DNA of 24,880 nt, from NCBI GenBank assembly GCA_048940925.1, contig JBHLOC010000059.1, forward strand, positions 1-24,880, read 5' to 3'. Of the stretch, positions 1-8,543 are shown one piece after another. The stretch comes from Promethearchaeota archaeon (GTDB lineage: Archaea > Asgardarchaeota > Lokiarchaeia > Sigyniarchaeales > SOKP01). Every line of letters starts with the position of its first letter. Positions within the stretch are counted from its first letter, which is position 1. The translations under genes and the position numbers were made by a program. The notes beneath the pieces were generated by a model. The model made no database searches and had not been told where the DNA came from. It saw nothing but the letters and a program-made list of their open reading frames with translations.

Positions 1-1
1 T

Positions 2-244
2 ATTAATAAAATTGAAGGAAAAAGAGTCTATTTAGACGTAAAACAAACAACTATAACTGATGTGGATATAAAAGACAATAAAGGCAATATCATAAAGCAA
101 TTTGAAGCAGGTGAGAGAGGGTATATTTCTGAAAAAGATATTTCCCGAGGTTTAGTTAAAACTAAAGAGGTAGAGGAAGGTATTCTTACTTATCGGGAAA
201 GAATAGCTACACCTGGCAGTGCTATAATTGAATTTTATGAATAA
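2..244 (+). CDS. 3' end of a hypothetical protein (truncated by the window edge)
   Basis: Frame open from position 2 (INKIEGKRVYLDVKQTT...) to TAA at 242-244. The track's GTG at 62 is probably internal. Confidence 0.65.
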   Translation: MNKIEGKRVYLDVKQTTITDVDIKDNKGNIIKQFEAGERGYISEKDISRGLVKTKEVEEGILTYRERIATPGSAIIEFYE

Positions 245-462
245 AATACATATAATTACTTTAATTTTTATAATATATCGTTTAGTAAACTGAGTTTAAA
301 GAAATTTATTTTTTTAATATATGTTTTTAGAAAGTTGTATTTTTTCAAATTATTTTTAAACAATAATTTAGGATGACATAATTATTTTAAAAACTATTTA
401 TATTAGTTTAATAGAATTTATCTTTGAAGTATTAAAATTAAAAATATACTAATGCTTTAAAT

Positions 463-3393
463 TTGACAAGTCTAACTTTAGATACTGAGAAGATTGAAAG
501 TTTAATTTTAAATGGATATAATGAAAAAGCTTCAGAAGAAATATTTAGAGTAGTTGAAAACTTTCACATTCATAACGATAAAGATCTCATCTATAAAAGT
601 CTTAGTTTTTTGAATCTTATTTGTGATAAATCTCCTTCAATTTCCTTAAGAGCGGTAAAAAATGTAGCGATATTTATAAATGAAACAGACTCTTGGATCA
701 GATTAGTATCCTTAGAGATATTATATCAAATTAGTATGTTTAGACCAAATTTATTAATTGACTTAATTAACAAAATTAGAGGACGTTTATACGATCAAGA
801 TCCATCTGTAAGAAGATTAACAGTGAAAATTATTGGAAATTTAATTTTGTCAATACATATTGATTTAGAGGAATTGCAAGATATAATTGAGGAATTTACC
901 GAGAAATTAATGGATAATGATTGGAAGGTTAAGTTACATGTGATTAAAACAATTCAAAAAATTTTGAACCAAGACTATACTTTAATCAGGGACCTAGAAC
1001 CATTATTATCTATGGTTATTATTAACCTAAGAGATGAAGATGATGATGTTGCTAAAGCAGCCGCAGAACTTTTAAAAATACATGGAACATATTTTCTTTC
1101 TAAAGAAAAACTCTTTTATATTTTGTTAAATCTTCTTTATAATGAAAAGATAAGGGTTAAAGAGCTGATTATATGGTTATTTGGAGAAATTGGAAAAGAA
1201 AAATCCTCAGAAATAATTTCAATAATTCCAAAACTAATCAATCTTTTAAATGAAAAAGATTATCATATTCAATCAACAGTTATTGAAACACTAGTGAATA
1301 TCGCAGAGAATAATTTTGATCAAATATGGGCTAATCTATTAAATTCTTTGCAAAAAAAAGGGAGCTCTTATTTTAAAGATTCAATAATAAACGCAATTTA
1401 TCGACTCTGCCAAAAAAATATCACTGATATATTTTCATATTTATTTGAAGAATTAGAGAACCCTTCTGAAAGTATAAGAGAAGGGATAGCTCTTGTATTT
1501 CAGCGTTTATTTGAAGAATATCAGATCGAGATAGAAAATGAGATATCCAGAATATTATATCAATTAGAATCACGCTACTGGCGAGAAAGAAAAAAAACTA
1601 TTAGTCTATTGCACCAAATTTGCTTTATTTTAAAAGATCATAAGATTGCGGTTTGGATCACTATAGAATTAGAGAAAACTTTAAAAACAGAAAGAGATAT
1701 TGAAGTGAAAGAGGAAATTGTACATACTTTGGATTATATCAGAGAATACTTTAAAGATATTGATAAAACAATTGAGAAAATAAGCAATGAATTAAAATTA
1801 TTTCATAATAAAATCATTAAATTTCAACAAAAACCTGCTCAATTTAGAGAGAAATTAAATTCGTATATTGATAACTTCAAATTTAATGATACAGAAATTC
1901 AATTGAATAGAAGATATAATAATATTTTGAAAAAAATTAAAAATTTCGATAATCTGATTAACAGGTTTGAATATAAACGTTTAGCTTTTGATTTATTTGA
2001 AGAATGGGAAGACTCCAAGGTTCAGGTTATTGAAGAATTAGGTATTATAAAAGGTTTTATCACAGAGATCTGTGAAGAGAAGAAGACTGAATTTCTCTAT
2101 AATTTGAAGGAAAAGATTAAGTTATTGACTAATCGAATTAACATTTTAAAAGCTGAATTTGATTATATCAAAGAGATGAAGTTAGATTTCTCTTCATCCG
2201 AATTCGAGATTAATCAAATTGAAGATGAAAAGTTCGCTTATATTACGCAAGTAAGAAAAAAACTTTTTAAACTTGATGGTGAAATAAGAGAATTATTGAT
2301 AAATAACGTAGAATTTAATGAAATTTTTAAAGATATTTTACGAATATGGGTATCAACTAAAATAGAAATCCAAGAATATTTGAATGAATTAGATCGGCAA
2401 CTTAAAATAATGAAAGACACTTTATTTGAATCCCTTCTACAAAGTGGTGCTAAAATACATGAAAATGGGATAAATGGAATAGATAATGAAGTGGGTTTCC
2501 AGCTTCTTCAAAGTCAGATTCAGTCTATTATTACTGAGAGAATAGAAGGAATTAAGAAATTTAATGATAATTTTGATAACTTAAGTTTTAAACTAGAGTT
2601 TTTAATAAAAAAAAAAGAATTTTCGGATGCTAATAAATTAATAGACATGAATTCAACCCAGATCCAAAATTATATTGAAGAGGTTGAAAAACAGATTGAA
2701 GGTATTATTGGAAAAGAGAAAATGGTGGAAGATAATAATGTTTTCAGTTTGTATGTTAGACCTTATATTAATAAATTCCACGCATCTAAAGAGTTATTAA
2801 TCAATAAATTGAAGAATTTCATTAGAAAAAGCGAAAATAAACTATATCTAAATCAAATTAAATATTATTTGAATATAATAAATCCAATCAAATTAAGTCT
2901 TTTATCTTCCTACGTTAATTTAGATATTGAGCAATTAAAAGATAAAATTCTTAAATTTATAAATAAGAATAAATTAACTGCTAAAATAGTTAATGATAAA
3001 TTGTATTTTCAACAAATTGAATCAGCTATACCTGATTCAAAGGAAATCCTCTTTTTTAAAAATATAAAAACTATCGGAAATGAAATATATTTAAATTTTA
3101 AATTAACTAATCCCTCAAACTTCGGATTTAAGGATCTACAAATCTCACTCAAACTACCTTCATATGTCTCTCTCAAGAGAAAAGAGAGCTTTCCCAAATT
3201 GCTTCAATTAAATGAATTAAAACCGGGGAAAATTTTCAAATTTAATTATGTGTTAAAAATTGATAAGCAAAAAGAGCTTAAAAAGAATCTGTTTGACCCA
3301 ACTGCTGATGAAATTAAGCTTGACTTACATTATAGAGATCAGTTTGATATCGCTCGAAAAACCACTAAACACATTGATCTTTTTATTTCATAA
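463..3393 (+). CDS. Large HEAT-repeat protein with helical mid-region, PCI/winged-helix-like segment and C-terminal Ig-like (adaptin appendage-like) domain
   Basis: 976-aa ORF with TTG start. HEAT repeats such as 'LYDQDPSVRRLTVKII', 'LMDNDWKVKLHVIKTI' and 'LRDEDDDVAKAAAELL'. PCI-like 'PIKLSLLSSYVNLDIEQLKDKILKFINKNKLTAKIVNDKLYF'. Beta-sandwich pattern 'YLNFKLTNPS..FKDLQISLKLP...LNELKPGKIFKFNYVL'. Confidence 0.75.
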   Translation: MTSLTLDTEKIESLILNGYNEKASEEIFRVVENFHIHNDKDLIYKSLSFLNLICDKSPSISLRAVKNVAIFINETDSWIRLVSLEILYQISMFRPNLLIDLINKIRGRLYDQDPSVRRLTVKIIGNLILSIHIDLEELQDIIEEFTEKLMDNDWKVKLHVIKTIQKILNQDYTLIRDLEPLLSMVIINLRDEDDDVAKAAAELLKIHGTYFLSKEKLFYILLNLLYNEKIRVKELIIWLFGEIGKEKSSEIISIIPKLINLLNEKDYHIQSTVIETLVNIAENNFDQIWANLLNSLQKKGSSYFKDSIINAIYRLCQKNITDIFSYLFEELENPSESIREGIALVFQRLFEEYQIEIENEISRILYQLESRYWRERKKTISLLHQICFILKDHKIAVWITIELEKTLKTERDIEVKEEIVHTLDYIREYFKDIDKTIEKISNELKLFHNKIIKFQQKPAQFREKLNSYIDNFKFNDTEIQLNRRYNNILKKIKNFDNLINRFEYKRLAFDLFEEWEDSKVQVIEELGIIKGFITEICEEKKTEFLYNLKEKIKLLTNRINILKAEFDYIKEMKLDFSSSEFEINQIEDEKFAYITQVRKKLFKLDGEIRELLINNVEFNEIFKDILRIWVSTKIEIQEYLNELDRQLKIMKDTLFESLLQSGAKIHENGINGIDNEVGFQLLQSQIQSIITERIEGIKKFNDNFDNLSFKLEFLIKKKEFSDANKLIDMNSTQIQNYIEEVEKQIEGIIGKEKMVEDNNVFSLYVRPYINKFHASKELLINKLKNFIRKSENKLYLNQIKYYLNIINPIKLSLLSSYVNLDIEQLKDKILKFINKNKLTAKIVNDKLYFQQIESAIPDSKEILFFKNIKTIGNEIYLNFKLTNPSNFGFKDLQISLKLPSYVSLKRKESFPKLLQLNELKPGKIFKFNYVLKIDKQKELKKNLFDPTADEIKLDLHYRDQFDIARKTTKHIDLFIS

Positions 3394-3521
3394 GCTTCTC
3401 TCCAAATTTTTTCTTGGCATAAATATTTTCTATCGATTTTTTTAATTTATTATATGCAAAATATTAATAAGTGTCTTTATTCATATACCTAAATAAATTA
3501 TTTAGATGAATGAAAATAATT

Positions 3522-3528
3522 GAGGTGA
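3522..3528 (+). promoter_or_regulatory. Shine-Dalgarno-like site (GAGGTGA) of selD paralogue 1
   Basis: GAGGTGA immediately precedes the in-frame ATG ATG at 3529/3532. Confidence 0.6.
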
Positions 3529-4569
3529 ATGATGCAAGAGTTGGAGAATTATCGATTGACATTGCAAACTAAGCTTTTTGGATGAAACTGTAAATTACCT
3601 GCAGAAAAACTTGAACAACTTCTTACAAATGTTGGTTTGAAAGGTGATATAGAGGATTCTGCAATTATCCCTGTGCCTAATAGCAATCTTGTTATGGCAA
3701 AAAATATAGATATCTTTACTCCTATCATTGACGAACCAGAAATCATGGGAGAAATTGCTGCTGCAAATGTTACAAGTGATGTTTTTGCTTTAAATGTTTT
3801 AAATATATCAGGTATGCTGATTTTCTTAGGACTGAATAAAAATATGCCTATGTACATTGCAGAAGGATTACTGAAAGGAATAAAGAATTTCATGGAACGT
3901 AAAATTCAGTCCACAATTCTTGGGGGGCACACAATCTATTCAGAATGGCCATTGATAGGCGGAACCGCCTCAGGGTTCGTTGAAAAAGATAAGCTTATCA
4001 AAAAAGACTTGGTAAAGAATGGTGACAAATTGATATTAACAAAGCCAATTGGAAATCAAGCAATTATGGCGGCATATAGACTACAAAAAGATAATCCTGA
4101 TCTCTTAGAAAATTATTCTATGGTCGAAATTGATAAAGCTATTGATATAGCTGTTGAATTAATGACAACTCCTCTTAAGGATGTTGTAAAAGCAATATAT
4201 TCTTATGAAGATATCTCATTTATTCATTCAATGACGGATGTAAGTGGTTTTGGTCTTGCTGGTCATTTAAAAGAAATGCTACAAAAATCAAATCTTTCAG
4301 CAACTATTAATAGGATTCCAAGTATAATGTTAACAAGTGATTTAGCCTATGAGTTTGGTTACAAATACGATGAATGTGAAATGCCTGAAACTGCTGGTGG
4401 TATGCTTCTTTCTGTAGATCATAGATATGCTGATGAATTCTCCGAGAGATTAACAAATGAATTTGCTGTGTCAAATTGGATTGTAGGCTCAATCGATAAT
4501 CGTAGTAAACCTATGTATGTTCACGTTGCTAAAAATGTTGAGCATATTGAATTAACAAAAATTAAATGA
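3529..4569 (+). CDS. selD: Selenophosphate synthetase (selenide, water dikinase), selenoprotein, paralogue 1; Sec UGA at 3583-3585
   Basis: In-frame with the 3637..4569 ORF: MMQELENYRLTLQTKLFG-U-NCKLPAEKL... SelD motifs: G-U-x-C-K, EDS, NIDIFTP, AANVTSD, GGHT, LTKPIG, MTDVSGFGLAGHL, ETAGGML. SECIS directly downstream. The start could be 3532. Confidence 0.93.
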
Positions 4570-4637
4570 TGTCGATGAAATAAGCAAAAACACATAATTG
4601 TGGCAGCTTATTGAGAATACTGTTGCGTAACAGCATC
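4568..4637 (+). promoter_or_regulatory. SECIS element (eukaryote-like AUGA...GA core) in the 3' UTR of selD1, with basal helix and extra 3' hairpin
   Basis: ATGA(4575-78)-AATAAGC-AAAAA-CACA/TAAT/TGTG-GCA-GCTTATT-GA(4613-14). GATGT(4568-72) pairs with GCATC(4633-37). Hairpin TGTT-GCGT-AACA at 4621-4632. Confidence 0.85.
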
Positions 4638-4869
4638 TAAAAATTGTTATGATTTTTATAAGATTTTTTACTTTTATTATAATACTCTTCTTTTCGATAA
4701 ACCATTTATTTCAATTCAATTTTATTGTTTATCGAAATCTTCTATAAAAGATATCGAAAAGATTAATAAATATACATAAATTTCATTCTTCAGTATATTT
4801 TAAACTTAACGACTTGGAGATAATAAATAGTTTGTTTCAATATTTAAGAATTACGGGAGTTCAGAAAAT

Positions 4870-5226
4870 ATGGTAAAAAAAATAAAAATAAAAAAAATAT
4901 ATTCGATTTTTTATCTAAAGGACAGAAATTATGTTGTGTTTCGTGCGAACTATTCTAAATATGATTTTTTATTCTATAAACACTTAGAAAAAGACATAAA
5001 AGCCTTACTTTTTGGTGAAAATCTTCAAAATGCATTATCTGAAGTTTTGGAAAATCCTGAACTAGAATATGTCGAAATTCTATTAGATAAAATTGTTCAT
5101 GGGGGAGTTTCATATAACGAAGGGGATTTGGTAGAAAGTGATTTTACAAAAAGCAAGGCAAACCAGATTATCTCTAAGTTAAAGAATAAATTAGGTTTTG
5201 ATTCAATTGTAATAGAATTATTTTAG
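4870..5226 (+). CDS. Hypothetical protein between the two selD genes
   Basis: 118-aa ATG ORF preceded by GGGAG, ending 30 nt before selD2. No recognised motif. Confidence 0.65.
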   Translation: MVKKIKIKKIYSIFYLKDRNYVVFRANYSKYDFLFYKHLEKDIKALLFGENLQNALSEVLENPELEYVEILLDKIVHGGVSYNEGDLVESDFTKSKANQIISKLKNKLGFDSIVIELF

Positions 5227-5256
5227 TTTCAATAATATATGAAAAAGTTGAGGTGT

Positions 5257-6285
5257 ATGAAAAAAAATTCGGAATATAGACTAACCACAGATGTAAAAAT
5301 ACACGGATGAAGCTGTAAACTAGGACAAAACGAGTTACATGAATTATTAGCTAAAGTAGGATTAACAGGATATGTTGAAGATGCTGCAGTTATATCCATT
5401 CCTAATAGTGATCTAGTTCTTGTCAAAAACATTGATATTTTTACTCCAATTATAGATGAACCTGAAATAGCAGGTGAAATCGCTGCTTGTAATGTTACTA
5501 ATGATGTATTTGCTATGAATGTACCTGATATATCAGGAATGCTTGTATTTCTAGCAATAAGTACAAGAACTCCAATCGAAGTCGCTGAAGGAATTCTAAA
5601 AGGAATAAAAAACTTTTTAGAGAAAAAAATCAATTCTAAAATAGTAGGTGGACACACAATATATAGTGAATGGCCATTAATTGGTGGTGAGGCTTCCGGA
5701 TATGTTCATAAAGATGCGATTATCCAAAAACAAGGAGTAAAGAAAGGAGATAAGTTAATTTTAACCAAACCAATAGGTTTACAAGCAATTATGGCATCAT
5801 ATAGGCTACTTAAGGATTTTCCGGAAATGTTAGAACATTATTCTATAAATGAGCTCCAAAAATCCATTGATCTTGCGATAAAAATTATGACGACTCCAAA
5901 CCAAGACGTTGTAAAAACTATTCATTCATATAAGGATTTCTCATTTGTTCATGCATTAAGTGATATCACTGGATTTGGATTAGCAGGTCACACAGCCGAA
6001 TTGCTTCAAAATTCTGAATTATCTGCCATAATTGATACAATTCCCTCAATAAAATATTCTAAAGAACTATCTAACGAGTTAGGATATGCGTTTGATGATT
6101 GTTTTTGCCATGAAACTGCGGGTGGAATGTTACTTGCTGTTGATCCCACTAAAGTAGAAAATTTTACGAATGCATTGACTAGCAATAAAATTTCTAACTG
6201 GATTGTGGGTTCAATAGATAAAACTCAACCGGGTCTAGTTAGAGTCGCAGAAAATGTTCAAAATATTGAAATTACAAACATTTAA
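5257..6285 (+). CDS. selD: Selenophosphate synthetase, selenoprotein, paralogue 2; Sec UGA at 5308-5310
   Basis: In-frame with the 5515..6285 ORF: MKKNSEYRLTTDVKIHG-U-SCKLGQNEL... Motifs EDA, NIDIFTP, CNVTND, GGHT, LTKPIG, SDITGFGLAGH, ETAGGML. GAGGTG at 5250-5255. Alternative in-frame ATG at 5239. Confidence 0.93.
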
Positions 6286-6286
6286 A

Positions 6287-6356
6287 GATGTTAATGATAT
6301 AAGCTAAAACATTATTAATGGATGCTTATGGAAATCTCCACCTGCAAGGTGGCATC
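6287..6356 (+). promoter_or_regulatory. SECIS element in the 3' UTR of selD2, same architecture as the selD1 element
   Basis: ATGA(6294-97)-TATAAGC-TAAAA-CATT/ATT/AATG-GAT-GCTTATG-GA(6331-32). GATGT(6287-91) pairs with GCATC(6352-56). Hairpin CACCT-GCA-AGGTG at 6339-6351. Confidence 0.85.
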
Positions 6357-6366
6357 AAATTTAAGA

Positions 6367-7176
6367 TTATTCTCTTTCTTTTATTTTCCCTTTAAGATTT
6401 ATAACAATTTCTCTAAGTTCATTTAAAGCCTTTTCTATCAATTCTTCTCCATTTTTTATATCAAAAGCAGTTATTGAAACCTCTACTTCTACGGATAAGC
6501 CAATTCGAGGGTGGGTTTTAATCCAGAGTTGAGGATATTTTTTTTCTAATTCATTTGTATAAGCTGCTATCTGGCTTTCTCCTATTCCTGAAAAAAGAAA
6601 TCCTTTTTCTACAAATTTTCCTTTTTCTTTTTTTAAAATTGGTAATATTACATTTCTAAACATCGCTTTCAATTCTGTAGGTACACCAGGTAAGATAAAA
6701 ATTGTAGTTTCACCCACCACAATTTTAACACCTGGAGCTGTCCCTACAGTATTTGGTAAAGGAAAAGAATCTTGAGGAAGATACGCCATTTTCTCTCGTT
6801 CTTTAGTCATTCCCTCAAGTTGTAGTAATCCTCTTTTATGAGCACGTTCATAAGCTTTTTTTATAGAATTATATGCATGTTTATTTAACTCTAATTTCCT
6901 ATTCAAACCATTAGCTACTCCTTGTAATGTCATATCATCAAAAGTAGGGCCGATTCCTCCTGATGTGATAATGATATCAGGCTTTCGCTTTAAAATATCT
7001 CTGATTGTATTTGATATTGTTTCTAATTTATCTCCTATAGTGGTTATTCTCTTTACTTTATGTCCAAATTTCGTTATTCTTTTTGCCAACCAATTTGAAT
7101 TAGTATCTAAAGTTTTTCCGATAAGAATTTCATTGCCAACCATTAATAATTCGATTTCCATATTTCTTTCATTCAA
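6367..7176 (-). CDS. CinA-like / MoCF-biosynthesis-domain (molybdopterin-binding) protein
   Basis: Motifs 'VGNEILIGKTLDTNSNWLA', 'IITSGGIGPTFDDMT', 'LPNTVGTAPG' and 'LPGVPTELKAM', typical of the CinA N-terminal domain. No C-terminal PncC domain is evident. Confidence 0.88.
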   Translation of the reverse strand: MNERNMEIELLMVGNEILIGKTLDTNSNWLAKRITKFGHKVKRITTIGDKLETISNTIRDILKRKPDIIITSGGIGPTFDDMTLQGVANGLNRKLELNKHAYNSIKKAYERAHKRGLLQLEGMTKEREKMAYLPQDSFPLPNTVGTAPGVKIVVGETTIFILPGVPTELKAMFRNVILPILKKEKGKFVEKGFLFSGIGESQIAAYTNELEKKYPQLWIKTHPRIGLSVEVEVSITAFDIKNGEELIEKALNELREIVINLKGKIKERE

Positions 7177-7252
7177 AAATATTTAAGACTGAAATTTAAA
7201 AAATTTGATATTTTTTAAATCTTTTACAGAATAAATAAACTTCTAAAAAAAA

Positions 7253-7816
7253 ATGACTATAGAAATAGATGATAGTGGAACTGGAGATCTCGTAGGAAAT
7301 GCATTTATAGGTTTTTTAAGAAAGGAAACTGGAGATTTACTATTTCGAACTTTGCCTGTAGATTTATTTAAAGGCAAAAACTGGAAAAATAAGGAGCCCC
7401 TCAAAGTAGCTGTTGATTTGGTTAAAGATGGCTTGAAAGAATTAAATTTTCAAAAAGATAATGAAATTATCAGGCTATGCAGAGGTAATATATTTGATGA
7501 AGTAAGATCTTATTTTGTGGAAAATGGAATAAATTATGAAGGTGCGATAATCAAAGGTAAATTACAAGATGCAGTTGAAGGTAAATTGGTTGATTACTTA
7601 AGAAATAACCTAGGAATTAGATCAAAAAATTTAACGAAAAAAAGCGGTGCGAAGCGATTTTTTATATTATTTAATTGGGTATGTTATGATTTTGATAATA
7701 GAGAAAAGTATGTTAAATCTGGATTCAAAAAATGGAATACAGTATGGAGAGACCGAGCTTTAGAGAAATATGAAAAGATTAAAAAGAAGGAAAAAGCCAG
7801 ATATAAAAAATATTAA
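7253..7816 (+). CDS. Hypothetical protein, probable RNase H-like fold
   Basis: N-terminal 'IEIDDSGTGDLVG' resembles the RNase HII first-strand motif (IDEAGRGPxxG). Basic C-terminus. Confidence 0.55.
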   Translation: MTIEIDDSGTGDLVGNAFIGFLRKETGDLLFRTLPVDLFKGKNWKNKEPLKVAVDLVKDGLKELNFQKDNEIIRLCRGNIFDEVRSYFVENGINYEGAIIKGKLQDAVEGKLVDYLRNNLGIRSKNLTKKSGAKRFFILFNWVCYDFDNREKYVKSGFKKWNTVWRDRALEKYEKIKKKEKARYKKY

Positions 7817-7840
7817 TTAGGTTTTAAATTCTAAATAGAA

Positions 7841-8524
7841 ATGAAAATAGTTATATTTGCACCTCATCCTGATGATGAAATTTATGGATGTGGAGGAAGC
7901 ATCTTAAAATGGATGGAAGAGGGTAATGATGTTCATATTGTATATGTAACAGATAATAGAGCTTTTTTATGGTATGGTAGAAAAGATAATGCCATTATTG
8001 AAGAGGAAGCACAAGAATATATCAATTTAACCGAAGATGAATTAGGAGAAATTGGATTACAAGAAGCTAAAGAGGTAGCTAAAGCATTTGGTTTTCCAGA
8101 TAAAAATGTTCATTTTTATAAATTTCATGATCAAGGTGCTTTAGAAAGAATAAATGAAGGTATTAAGCTTTCTAAAGATATTATTAAAGATGCTAATAGA
8201 ATTGTTTTACCAAGTGATAACAATAATCATGTAGATCACCAAGCAACGCATACAATTGTAAAAGAAACTGCGAAAAAGTTAAATTTAAAAGATACAGAAT
8301 TTTATGTTTATGGTATTTACAATGTTTTGAAAACACCAAGAGAAAAGCAAATTAAAATAAGAATCAGTAAATATCAAGATAAAATCTATGAATTAATGAA
8401 GGGCTATAAAACGCAATTATGCCTAAAGGATTCAAGATTAGGTTGGCAAACTTTTAAATTTAAAAGAGCAGAGAGATTTGCAATATTCAGATTAGAAGAT
8501 GCTGGGAAATATTACAATTTCTAA
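7841..8524 (+). CDS. PIG-L/LmbE family Zn-dependent N-acetylglucosaminyl deacetylase
   Basis: 'FAPHPDDEIYGCGG' and 'NHVDHQAT' motifs. Confidence 0.9.
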   Translation: MKIVIFAPHPDDEIYGCGGSILKWMEEGNDVHIVYVTDNRAFLWYGRKDNAIIEEEAQEYINLTEDELGEIGLQEAKEVAKAFGFPDKNVHFYKFHDQGALERINEGIKLSKDIIKDANRIVLPSDNNNHVDHQATHTIVKETAKKLNLKDTEFYVYGIYNVLKTPREKQIKIRISKYQDKIYELMKGYKTQLCLKDSRLGWQTFKFKRAERFAIFRLEDAGKYYNF

Positions 8525-8543
8525 TTTAACCAAAAAACAAGAC

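Noticed and set aside
4567-4614. selD1 ends in TGA followed by TGT CGA TGA: a possible C-terminal U-C-R-U selenocysteine extension
   Set aside because: The paralogue ends at the equivalent position with TAA, and these UGAs lie inside the SECIS itself, so they are too close to be recoded.
3549-5657. Similar antisense ORFs 3549..3893 and 5229..5657
   Set aside because: These are shadows of the paralogous selD coding strands; their similarity comes from the sense genes.
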